Assembly: GCA_036172245.1 (NCBI GenBank)
Contig: JAYWIR010000017.1
Location: forward strand, 1,860,001 to 1,924,000
DNA length: 64,000 bases
Direction: 5' to 3'
From: Raillietiella orientalis
Lineage: Eukaryota
Below are positions 1-12,105 of this stretch, piece by piece. The position numbers and the translations under genes are program-made. Under the pieces are notes generated by a model, which saw nothing but the letters and a program-made list of their open reading frames with translations, had not been told where the DNA came from and made no database searches. The number at the start of each line of letters is the position of its first letter. Position 1 is the stretch's first letter.

Positions 1-401
1 AAAAAGAAATCTGTATTTTTGTTCGAGGGGTACATTTTCGAGAGTATATCTTCGAGGGGGATTTTTTCTTTTACTCTGTTGAAGACACGATAGGTTAGAG
101 GCACTAAGGAATTAAAGTGAAGTCTGAACTGAAGTCGTAAAAAAAAAAAAAACAGTTTAGATGGTTCTATTTACAATGGATGTAACGCAGTCTCTTAAAA
201 CGTTTCCAGAGTTCGCAAGAATCACCTGAAAGTTGTCTTTAACACCAAACTTTCTCAGAATGTATGGGACAGGAGGGATCCATACGCGCTGAAGTATTCG
301 TGATGAACAAATGTGAATTATTGAAAACGTAATCTGTTTGTGAACTGCAGATGCAAACTGCTGCATGTTCGGTCAGGTCACTTTGTCGTTTCTCTTTCCA
401 G

Positions 402-686
402 ATCTACGCAAGCATTTTGTGGAGCAGCCGTATTCGCAAAGTGTCTCAGTGGGTAGTCAGCTGGAGTTCAGGTGCACTCCTCCGGAAGGACTGCCAGCAC
501 CGGAAATTAAATGGCTGAAAAATGGAATTCCCATACATGCTGGCCAGGATTCGAATTACATAATTTCGAATGAAGGAAATCTGCTGATTGTTCAGGCCGG
601 TCCTTCAGACGTCGGCAACTACTCCTGCGTGGCAGAAAATGTGGTGAACAAAAGAATCAGTGATGTTGCAGTTTTGAGTATCCACA
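402..686 (+). CDS. unc-5: UNC-5 netrin receptor, Ig domain 2 exon (gene starts upstream of the window)
   Basis: Translates to (Y)LRKHFVEQP...LEFRCTPPEGLPAPEIKWLKNG...GNLLI...DVGNYSCVAEN; acceptor ttccag at 401, donor GTTAGT at 687; 285 nt, phase 1-1. Confidence 0.93.
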
Positions 687-3600
687 GTTAGTGTTCTTAG
701 AACATTTCTTTCTAAATGGATGCGGTTTACATTGATATTTTGGAAAGCAATTCGAATCGGTGTTTGATGTATATTTTGCAAAGAAATGTTGCGGCGTACT
801 GTAATCGTGTGGTTGGTTGGGTCACAAAAATTATCAAGGCTTACCATGCATGTTATGACCATGCACCATGCATGCATCATTATCGTGCATCTAATACGGA
901 GGAAGAGAAGTAGCAGCTCCTTGAGCTGGAAGGTTTTCAGAGACTCTTCAGTCTGTTCAAAAGTAACGAATGCTCGGACGAGTTGTCTGCATCTTGAATT
1001 TGTTCCGATTGGTGACCTTCCTGCATATAATGAAAATTAACGTCACAAGCATGAAATGCACTTTCAAGGACGTTCACACCAAATCTTTGTTTTGCGCTCA
1101 CACTCGCAAGCACGTACTGCTCATCTAGGACCAAAAGACTGAAACACTCAGGCGTGTAAAAAGATGCTGCACATTCTGCTGGCCAATATTCATACATAGC
1201 CTCGTTGACTGGGGTGAATGTGGGTAAAGCGTTGTGTTTTGTATTTGTGCCCATCAGCTTTTTTGTCTGCATTCATTTCCGATGCTAAAAACGCCGAATT
1301 TTCGAACGATTCCTTCGGCGTATATTGTAATACGTATTGTGATATGGATGTTTTCTAAGGTGTACGATGGAAGAGGCAGCTGAGGTCGTTAAAGTTGATT
1401 AGTATGTCACTGTCAATCCAGCTCGTCTTGGGTAGAAGGCGTGCATGTTTGAATGCTGTACCGAGATGGAGCACATAACTGTAGTGTGAATTGACCGTTC
1501 ACTCAAGCGTATTCTCTGCTCGATATTTTTTAGTCAACCGTAAAATCAGTCATGACTCTCAGGAGAACTAGAAAATTGTCTTAATTGCTTGCAATTCAGT
1601 AAACATAAATCCTCCACCACGTCAGATAAGTTTTCTTTCTAGAAGGTCACTCAAGTTCCACTGCAGCGTATGCTGTGCAAATTGCTGCTCAAATGCTGTT
1701 GCGGCTTGCCTTTGCATTTCTGGTTGAAACCTTACTGAAAAATACGGGATCAAAGATGGCAATCGAAATGTACAGTTGTTTGCGATTACACCGCATTTAA
1801 ACACGAATTTCCGTGCAAATTCTCTAGATGTATAGTGTGCTAAGTTCTTGATTGGATGAATATAGTTCTGTAATGCAGTTGGTGAGGTCAGCTATCATCA
1901 ACTTGGCTAGATGCAGGGTCTTCCAGCCAGCATGCCATGTGGTAATTGCTACGTTTGGTGTGTGTGTGTGTGTTTAAAGTCCACGTTTGAGTGCATTCGA
2001 TCTCCACCGGAATTAACATCCCAGATTTTTCCTTTTGAAAGACATCAAACCGGCGAGCCGAGAATTTTTCGTAGCTTCAAAACAGGCAGCTGTGTATGAA
2101 TGGAATTTACTAATTTCATACCGCAGTAGGGTTCGCAATCTGTCTCTCCTATAAAAGTAAATGGTATTGAAGGGTCATCCAGATTTAGAATTTCCGTCTT
2201 CCGTTCACGCAGCGAAAGAAAAGGGAATGAAATTCGATGCTGAAATCTCGCTTCTCAGGGAGAATGATCTGCAGACTTTAATGTATTTAAGAAAACCGTA
2301 TCCTCGCTCGGAGTTTCAAGAAAGTCTTTTAGAGCACGAAGCATCCTTTGCTGGGTGTGCTGTTTTCCTTCGACCCGGGTCACCGAACTGGTTTCTCACG
2401 AGTAGAAATAGGAAAGCGATTTATCGTATGCGTGTTTGACATCGCTTACTCTTCCTTTGGAAGAAACGCGACCCCTCGTGGAAATGCATTGCATCAAAGG
2501 TAATTTTTTTAAAGGTCACTGTATTTGGAACATTCAGTGTAAGCGTATTTCGTGCATTTTCTCAGGTGTCGTTTTTATTATTTCTAAGGAGCACGAGAGC
2601 AAGTTTTAAAATCAAGTGGCTGACGTCTCGAAATGCCTGCTTCCTACCTTAAAATCTCCTTTTCCCGTTTATTATGTGAATTGTGCTATTTTGTATATAC
2701 ACTGTTTACCTAATCGTACTTAAGTAGGTTTTATTGGAACATGTGATGTATTTGGTTGTAACTTTCTTCTTCAAAAGTCCAAAGGGTTGCTAAAACGAGA
2801 AACTGAACGATTCTTGAGTTTCTGTTTAAGCAGGCTACAGAAAGGCCCGCGCTCGCGCACACACAAAGGAAAAAACTTAGAAATCGACGTCCAAAAGGAG
2901 TGGTTTGATGCATCTCCTTAGAAGAACTTAAATGAGCTCAAAAAACTTGACGAACGTGCAGATAACAGCGCAATGTGGGCTTATGTATTACAGTGCTTGC
3001 CTTCTTGTCCTTGTGAGGGTGTTCTCACGGTGATCTTGGATCGTCCGTCGGTGGGCTTTCATTCATGGCTATCCGGAGCAGGAATGAGGTGTGCTGCCCA
3101 AGCCAAGTGCCGAAACACTTCAAGGTCAACACGCGAGTACGACATTCCTGTGCACGGAAACAAAAGTGTTAATCTGAGTAACGTCGCTGCATTCACCCAC
3201 CGTCTTGCTTGAGGATGCGTCTATAGGTCCATGTCTCGAGGCATAGCAATGTTAAGCACCAATAACTCACCATCAGATAACACTTTTGTCTCCGTTGATG
3301 GAAGATGTTTCCTCATCCAGGCTACAACTGTCTAAAATGTATTCCAATGTAGTAAATAGGGAAACGTTCGGAGATTAAAGATTTTTTCTACTTTCGATCT
3401 ATCAGAAGTCCCCATTTCTGTGCGTTCTTACGAAGTTTATTTCAAAAGAGTGAAAGCTTACTATGAATATAGGGGACCTCAGCGAAGCCTCCCATGAAAC
3501 TGGTGATATCGCAGACGCTTCGTGAACAGAAGCAAAGATCGCGTTAAAATTCAACATGATTGCGAATGACATCAGCATCTTCGCAAAGATAAGAAATAAT

Positions 3601-3776
3601 TGGTCTTTCAAAGTGTTGTTCGAGGGAATACGGGTGTAAACTTCTGTCGTACGATTCTAACCGAGGCACGGATCAGTTTCAGTAAAGCAAACCTGATACC
3701 TTGTTTTTATCTCGAAATGAATCAGCCTGCTTATATCATGTGTACTTTATTTAACCTTGTGTTCTTCCTGTTATAG

Positions 3777-3947
3777 TAAACGGAGGTTGGTCAGAGTGGT
3801 CTTCTTGGTCGGAATGCGTTGCCAACATTTGTGGCAAAGGAGTGCAGAAAAGAACACGCCAGTGCGATAATCCGTCACCCTTCAACGGAGGCAAAATATG
3901 TGTTGGACCTATTGTGGAAAACATACAGTGCTACGTGGAATGTCCCG
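3777..3947 (+). CDS. unc-5: UNC-5 thrombospondin type-1 repeat exon (absent from the ORF track)
   Basis: INGGWSEWSSWSECVANICGKGVQKRTRQCDNPSPFNGGKICVGPIVENIQCYVECP; acceptor ttatag at 3776, donor GTAAGC at 3948; 171 nt, phase 1-1. Confidence 0.93.
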
Positions 3948-6528
3948 GTAAGCTGACGATTGATACGGGAAGTCGCTGTTACAGATGTGCCAACTGTACA
4001 GCTGACTTCTAGGTCAGCATAAAAAAACAAATGGCTGAGGTGTGTTTGCTGTTTCGCGTTGTCGCGCGCGTGCGCACGCGAGCGTAATACGCATTCGTGA
4101 AGGGAGCAGCAGGAACTGTCAGTAGCTAATAAGCAATTGGCCGCTTCTAATAGAAGGAAAACCCCCCACTCCCTGTCTGTTTGCGACACGTGATAAATGC
4201 AGAGACGGCTGTGAATCGCAAACCAAAATGGATTTTCGATTGGCTTGACATGCTTGGGCTTCATTACTTTTTTGCATCCATTCCGAAAGGGGCCGAAATG
4301 TCTCGACGCATGCTGTCCAGAAATGCTTCCGAATAACCACCCGAATGAGCCATCATTATCAGTTTTCACCTTCAGCATTTTAGGGAAAGCAACCAGAGCC
4401 TGTCTTCATACGCGCGCATAATGCTTGCATTCTCCTCGGAATCATTTCGTAGATCGTGGATTTCTCGTTTGGAGGGACAGCTGAACTCTGAGGAAGAGTT
4501 TGAACGGCGATTCGAGGAAAACAGAAACAAAGAGCGCCTCCTTGTTTTTGATCTAAGAAAGCTGCTCAGTGCTCCCCATTTGCATAATTCTTGTTCGTTT
4601 TGATAACCCTTTGTGGTGACATGAAGTCACATTAATTTTGTCGCTGTATTCTTTGGTGTTTACGTGCGAAGAGTCGTGGCGGCTCAAAATAACCAACCAA
4701 AGAACTGCATCTTGAGGTTATCATCACTATAATCGTTCATTTTTGAAACTGAGACATTTTCACCTTAAATTCCTGAACTTGGATAATTAACTGTATTCTG
4801 GAGTCCATCATTCAAATTCACAAATGATCACTAGCCACGGGTTGTTCGATTTTGTGCATGCACTGTCTTTAAAGCAGTGAAGTTTCAGAGTGCACCTAAG
4901 TGTATGTATTAAGAGTCAAAATGCTTTATTCTGCTCAGTACCACCCTCAGTGGTTTCGTTAATCCGTTTCTGGGTTCTACGACTGTTAATGATAATCGGA
5001 AGTGGATGAATAATTTTTACCAAGTGCTTTACGAAATCCGTTTACTTGGCAAATTGGCGATTTTAATCCCGAGATTTCTCCCTCAGATCATTTGGTGTAA
5101 TTCTTGCTTTCTGTGTCATGATCATAAACCTTTGACACATAAAAGAAATGTGACAAATTGACTTGCACTTGAATTTAATTCAAGTGATGTTTAAGGCTCT
5201 AGAATGGATCTGTTGTTGTTTCATTGACTATATGTTGTTCTTTGGCGGTCACCTGTCGTGAATGGTAAGCTGATTGAGTCGAGAATAGGACCAAGTTAAA
5301 TGAGATCTCCTAGTGGTAGTCGTAGACCAGAGCACGGTTAAGTGTTTGACAGACTTCTTCGATGGCCGCCGAGTTTGTTTGATTCAAGGTTCAGTTTGAG
5401 CCGACTCATTTCTCAGGGGCTTACATAAGTCCATGCAACTGTAATAATCTTAGTTGGTAGTCGATTGTCCCTTTAATGATTGCATTTTTTTGATTCTGTT
5501 CGTTAACATTCTTGCAAATGTGGTATTTAAGCAGTCATTATTCTTGCATCGTCCCTGCATTAAGGTTTACGGATGCTCTGATTCCAGTGCATTTCTAGCA
5601 GTCTACTAAATAAATGCAGTAGATTGGTGTACCACTATTAAAGAGTGTACCATCTAGATTTTTTTGCAATTTGTAATCATTATAAGATCGTTGGATAATG
5701 ATAAAACGCTTTTCCAATACTGGAATCTATTTTTCACTCCAGGTTACCATTTTTCTGTTGCAAAAAAAATGTGGGATGTTCCGTGAAAGCTGAACTCAAG
5801 GATTAGCCTATTTATTTCTCAGAAAACGTCCTTTTGTATCTCCTTCCGAATCAGAAGTGAATCGGTAGTTTTGACTATTGCACGGTTTTCTCGAATTTGG
5901 AATACCCTTGTGTTGTACACTGTTCACGAGGATTGGACGTTGTTTGCGCCAACGAAAATAGCTGTTCATGAGGGATGCTATCATCTAGCATCCCCTCCAT
6001 AGGAGTCTCTTCTGTCACATAGTCATTATACGCAGCTTATTTACTCTGAACCAGACGTACTTCAGTGCATGTCCATAATGGTCGTTTGCACGTCTCCTGC
6101 TTAGGATTTTGTACCAAATGAAATTTGCGATAGGTCAGAAGCAGTCTTTTGAGTGTTGCCTGTCGTGCCTACGTAGAACAGCGGATCTTGCAAAAAAAAA
6201 AAAAAAACAAGCACAGAAGCAAAACTGAAAGGTTTATTCACGAAATTTCAGAACATGGTTTTTGTTCTGTTCATAAATTTTATGTTCTGAGAATCAAGAT
6301 GCCAAAAACTGCTCATCTGCTGTGTTTATGATGATGATGCATGCCATGAGCCAATGAGCTACAGGGATCCGTACTTCCTTCCAGTGAGTTTATGCTCTTA
6401 CCGTCGTTTCGCATCTCGTGAATGTTCACGTGAGTGCTTTGAACCTGCGTCTGGAGTGAAGCAATTGTTCGTACTTTAGATGGTATTCGTTGAAGCGTTT
6501 CATTTTGTTTCCATCATCCAAAGAACTT

Positions 6529-6551
6529 GCATCATCATCATCATCATCATT
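6529..6551. repeat. (CAT)n microsatellite
   Basis: About seven CAT units. Confidence 0.85.
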
Positions 6552-6793
6552 ACGTCAGATGGCTTGGGTTTTTGGACATGATCTGATTTCGTGAACAGTA
6601 GGGACGTATTCCTTCGATCGATGTCAGCATGGTGAAATTGGTTGTTTGATTTTTCCGAATTGAAGACCGAAAAAGCCAGGGAGCTTTGTTTCGTTCTTCT
6701 GGCAAGCTCTTGTGGGAACCTGGTGTGGTTCCCATCGGAATTCAATCGTGTGAATGTTTCCTCTTGTCATTTGTCGACTTTGAGCTCCTGATT

Positions 6794-6818
6794 TATATAT
6801 ATATATACATATATATAT
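6794..6818. repeat. (TA)n microsatellite, imperfect
   Basis: tatatatatatatacatatatatat. Confidence 0.8.
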
Positions 6819-9238
6819 TTATCCCTTTTTTTGTTCATTATCCCAGTTCGTGAGGCAGGGTATTCCAAAGCACAGTCAGGTGACTACACAACTTACGTAA
6901 TGCTAATTTAGATATCGAGCTGCTAATGCAGCTAGGATACATAAGAAATAAAAGGATGCATGGTTTTTTGGTGATTACACTGCCCTATGCAAGGGTCATG
7001 TAGATTATATTTTGACGGTATACTTTTGTCAGTAGTGTACGAAAGACGCAGTCTGGAAACGTTGCAGTGCTGGCCTAGAGAAGTGCGTTTGCCTTTGTTT
7101 ATCTGCGCATTAATAATGATTTCTAATCATTCATGCGTTTGATTCTTTCCGGCAACTGTCAATGGAGGCGTTGGTCTGGAGCCACTGTAAATTAAGTTTG
7201 GATTATTCGGAGCCCGAATGCTTGTATACAGTTCTTGGAGGTCTCCTGTTTCTTCATTTTTTTGTTGTTGAAGCTTTTCCAAGTCTTCTGAAGGCCACAC
7301 ATTCTCTCGTTTCATAAACTTGATTAAATTTTCTACTGACGGAGCAGCAAGCACAATGGGAAGAGAGGATAAACACGGAAATGAAACCATCTTCATTTGA
7401 TGTTTGTTTGGAAGAACCTCTTTAAAAATATCTCATCCACAGAAGAACTCTCTTTTTAGAGAGAGTATGCTGTTTTCTTCAAAAGATCGTAATCTCTGGG
7501 ACCTTTAGATGTGAACAAATGCCAGCTCAACAGGGATTTCAGATTCATCTTTTGGAATGTGTCATTCGAGCACTCCTGAAATGAAAATTTCTTCTGTGAA
7601 ATTTCAGAGACAAAATAATGATGCTCTACAAAGTATGCGAAGGGATGCTTTCAGATCAAATGAAATCTGAAGGTTCCTTGAAGACACTTAGACCGTTCTG
7701 ACACCCAGAAGCGAATGAGGATATCATTTAGACTTCTGTGTCTCACAGTGACGATTTGAGATTGGCGGAAAAACATCGTGCTTCCAAAATTCTCAGACCT
7801 AGCAATGCTGGTACCCAGTTCACCTTTAAATACAATCACTAGTATTTATTTAGGCTCAGAGACTTTAAATGCTGTTGCTTCTGTGCTGAGTTTCACTAAG
7901 TATCTTTAGCGTCCCATACCCATTGGTTGCTTCTTCAAGACGGGACTGTTCCAAGGATTTAGGATTTTGCTAAGTTACAAATAGTACTGCAGAAAAAAGC
8001 TGCTGAGTTGCAATACTTGACTGTTATGGATAACATTGATCGATGGCTTAAGACAATAGTGAAACAAAGACTGCATCAGAATTGAGAAGTATGGTTCTAA
8101 TAAAATGCTCAAGTTCCCTTTATCGCTCCTTGTAGAAAAACATGGATGCAGAGCTCAAACAAATAGTGACTCAAGTTAAACTATACGTTGAATTCCCTGT
8201 AAGCTGCAAACACCGGTTGCGATGTCGAAAGTTCTAAGGATAGGCATTCTGCTACGTACCCTGTTAGGTGCATCTTGATCAAAGCGAATCTTTTGTGAAA
8301 CAAAGCTGATTTCAGATCGCAGTACCGTTGTGAGCCGTGTACTTGCACACGTACGCATCATCTGGGCCTGAGCAACATGATGAGCAAAATGTACACTTGG
8401 AATGGAGCTACATCTTGTTATTCATTTTTGTACACGCAGTTCTCGTCTTCACGGGGAGATGCTTGACATGTTATTTGGTCCATTCTTGTATGCAGTCCTA
8501 GCGTGCACGAGCACATAGGTTGAAAGATGGTTTTCCCTACTTTTGAGATGAGCAGAGGAGATGCCTCACAGAGACTTGGGTAGGATGCTAGTCGGCTTCG
8601 TGTGCTGTGACTGTTCCAGGACTGTTGAGGATTTCTTTCCGTTTCTGTGCACACGTACACTTACAAATTAAGGAAAGAAGTATAAAATTTGCCTGGGATT
8701 TTTGATTTCAGTTTCTGCTGTGAACAATCAGACGATTTCTAAGCAGAGATGACAAAACCATTAGAAGTGCAAATTGCATCAGAGACATGGAGTGAGAGCT
8801 GATGGGTTTCTTGCGGGTTCCACAAATATTTACTAGAAAGAACCTTTATGGAAAATGAGAGGAAACTGGGGTTTTTTTGAAGCCATAATCGTATGATGGA
8901 ATTTTATTTACTGATTGGGCACCCGGACGCCAAGTTTACGAAGACAAGTGTGAACATGAGCTTTGTCCAGTCACAATAAGCTTATGCGATAGCTATTTTG
9001 GAGGAAAGAGGATTCCTCCAAAATATCTGTTCCAGTGTGAGAAAAAAAATTAAAAAGCAAAATAAATGCAGAAAAGAAATATTTCCCACCTACATTTAGT
9101 TGTTGCATATGAATTAACGAAAAAACGACAGTCACAGTCACAGCGTGATCCAATAGACCATCTTTAAAAAAAAAAAAAGAAAAAAAAAAGACCATCTTTA
9201 ATCACCTGATCGAGACCACGTACTGCTAGATAATCACA

Positions 9239-9254
9239 TAGTAGTAGTAGTAGT
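9239..9254. repeat. (TAG)n microsatellite
   Basis: tagtagtagtagtagt. Confidence 0.75.
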
Positions 9255-10616
9255 ATATCAGCAGGTGCCCTCCTGATAATGTCGTTGCATTTAGAAAAGT
9301 TTCTGAGCAGTAGAGGTCCCATCGTTTGTCTGAAAGTGGAGGATAAAATGAACAAACTTTTCGAATGAAATTCTGATCACTTTCGATTGACGAATGCAAA
9401 GTTGGAATGTGCTCCTCATCTTGATCCTTGAGAAGCTTGCCAGATGAATATTTCTCAAGGCCGTGTTTTCCTCCTAATGCGCAAAGCTCTACATGGAGAT
9501 TTGAAAAGCAGTACATGCAAACAAATAAAAAAAAAAAAAAAAAATGAAGCGAGAAATTGTTACAGATGTGAGAATCCATTTAATTACCATAATGGTAGAT
9601 AAGGAAGCAGTTGGAGTTATGATAAAACGGTCCACCCATGAAGACGTTTGCAATTGCCGATGGCGTGTTCGTGGTTCTAAAGAACGAAATCAAATTACCA
9701 ACAAACCGAGCATTCAGATGCAATTTGGAAGATTAAAAGTAAGAAGAAAGAGTGTAGAAATTGAAAGCGCTTCAGTTTTCTTCCATGCCAGTTTTTTCTT
9801 AAGGAAATATGCATAGGCGTATTAGAACAGTTGCTCGGTTCCCATTTTTTTATGTTGGATTCTCGCACACTGCGTGTTTTAAATTACGTGGGCGAGCACA
9901 GAATCCCGGTGTAGTCACCCAGTGCAGTTAGATGAGTCACATTCAAATATGGCTTCTTTGGATACATTTATACGAAGCACGTAGCTATGGAGCGCAAAGT
10001 TGATTTGTATTAAAATTGGAAAGCCAGAAGACTATCACATCAGATAGTCTTCCCGTAACCTCAATTGGATCATTAGAACATGAGTTCACGTTTGGTAATT
10101 AGTGCATTGATGATAACGTTTATTAGGTATTGGAGCCAAGGATCACAACATGAAATGATAGCGCAGTAATCATCGTAAATTTCCATATACATAAGAAAAA
10201 TCGCGTGATTAACCGAAACAGTGCATAAAGTAAGTGTCCACTGACCTTTTATATCGTTATGCAATTTGATGTTATACCGCGCAAATTCAAGGTAGAAGTA
10301 GGCAACCGTAATCCGCAGCTCTGTCCCTATCCGGAAGACGGTTGTTCGGGAGAGGATGGAGAGGTGCAGACTCCATGCAGCACATGCAACATGGATAGGC
10401 GTTTCTGAGAGGTGCTCCGGTGTATGGAAGTCGAGTTGATTTCGAATATCTCGTGTAAACACCAGCAGCGGTGACACACTGCATTGCGAAGTGCACATCA
10501 GGAAACTCATGCTCTTCGCTCTATTAGAAGAATTGCCATTATGCTCAATTTGTAGTGGGCTGGTGTGGAGGCTGTTCCAGCATTCTAATGTTTCGTGTTT
10601 AAAGAACTTCTTGTCC

Positions 10617-11130
10617 TTTTTTTTTTTTTTCTTTTCAAACCGAAGTATATCCCAATGTTAAAGGAAATCACATATAAAAATCCTTACTAACAGCTTCAAG
10701 CATAATTAAATCCTAAATTTAATACCTGTATTTCTGTCATATCAGTTTTCAATTTAAACAAGAAATTTTCCTTTTTGGTGTAAAATACAAAATATTCTAT
10801 TAAACTACTCCTTGCCTTTTTAAAACAATTGAATTTAAAATTTATTTATTTAGTTGGTATTTAGTTAATACTAAAAATATTTTAAGAATACATTTGGGCT
10901 TTAATATAAATAAAAGAATATTCTAATTCTACTTCTATGATTTTTTATAAATAACATAGTTAAAATCAGGAGTAAAATTAATATAATTATGTAATAAATA
11001 AATAATGTATATAAATATTTTTATGTTGCATAATAATATTAGAATCATGTAAATTTATACTATGATATATTCATATTAATTAATTAATATCAAAAAATTA
11101 TGAAACACAAAATATACTGAAATCAGAGTA
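10617..11130. other. Extremely AT-rich island in an unc-5 intron
   Basis: Line 10981-11040 has 5 G+C in 60 nt, against roughly 40% in the flanks; starts at a T14 run; no ORF recognised. Confidence 0.7.
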
Positions 11131-11961
11131 TGATTTGGTTCACGAAGTGATGAGAAACATTGAGACAACTTCACTGATAGCCTCGGAAACCAAAAGTGGA
11201 AACGAGAATGATAATGAATAGCTCAATAAAGCTGTTCTCAAACAAGAAATATCTGTCCTAGAATATTCTCGTGGGCGTTAAAGTAACTTATGGGTAAGCT
11301 TCCGTTAATCCGATTTGCTAACTCGGAAGCTTACGGACACAGGAGAGCAAAAGTTGAAGCAAATGTCTGTCCTGCCCTTCGAGTTGACTCGAAGAATAGC
11401 GTGTCTCACGTCATTCGTGTCTCTAAACGAGTCCCAAACAAAAGTGGTCGAACGGTGGTACCAGAATAAGAGTTTATCCGTCTTTGTCGGAACTTCCTCG
11501 TATTAGGTCACTCTGCTGCTTCGTCTGGCGTCTTTTGCTTAGCAAAAGAGTTGCTATGCCTTGTTGAAGCAGTATGGTACGGAGGATGCTGCATTATTTT
11601 TGGTGAATTCAGAAATCACAATTTCTGCGACAGAATGTACGACGGCTAGCGTTGTGAACTTCAGGGACCCCAGATGATCAGCAGAGTAAGAAAAGAGTAG
11701 CATGTTTTTGCGTAGTCAGTGCTCTTTACTTCACTAATGCTGTTTCTCTTGCAGTGAAGGGGGGGACCTATTGCTTTAGCGTGTAGTCAGGTGTGTTTGC
11801 ATTTTAAGAAAACAAATTGTTTGGTGCAGAGAGAGGTTTCCCCTTCGTAACGTGCGTGTGTATGATAACGTGTGAAGTTCTTTAATCTTGTAATGTGTCG
11901 GTTCAGATGTTGTCGAACCAATGCAGCGCAATGATTTTTTTTTTGTTGTTGTGTTTTTCAG

Positions 11962-12105
11962 CTGTCGACGTTTCCCAGGCAGATGTAACTTTGATCATTG
12001 GAATGACAGTTACGTTTTGCATCCTTGCAGTCATTATGTTTTTCATTATTTGGATGGTGAAGAAGAAGAGTCGCGATCATCCCCTCTATGACATGGCTGT
12101 CGTAG
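11962..12105 (+). CDS. unc-5: UNC-5 transmembrane exon
   Basis: DVTLIIGMTVTFCILAVIMFFIIWMV followed by basic KKKSR; acceptor ttttcag at 11961, donor GTAGGA at 12106; 144 nt, phase 1-1. Confidence 0.88.

Noticed and set aside
5970..10055. Isolated 8-10 bp perfect hairpins near 5972, 6713 and 10029
   Set aside because: Short, unrelated to each other and within chance expectation for 64 kb.
10640..10690. Minus-strand FYMWFPLTLG resembling mitochondrial COX1
   Set aside because: Only about 10 codons, with no continuing COX1 similarity on either side.
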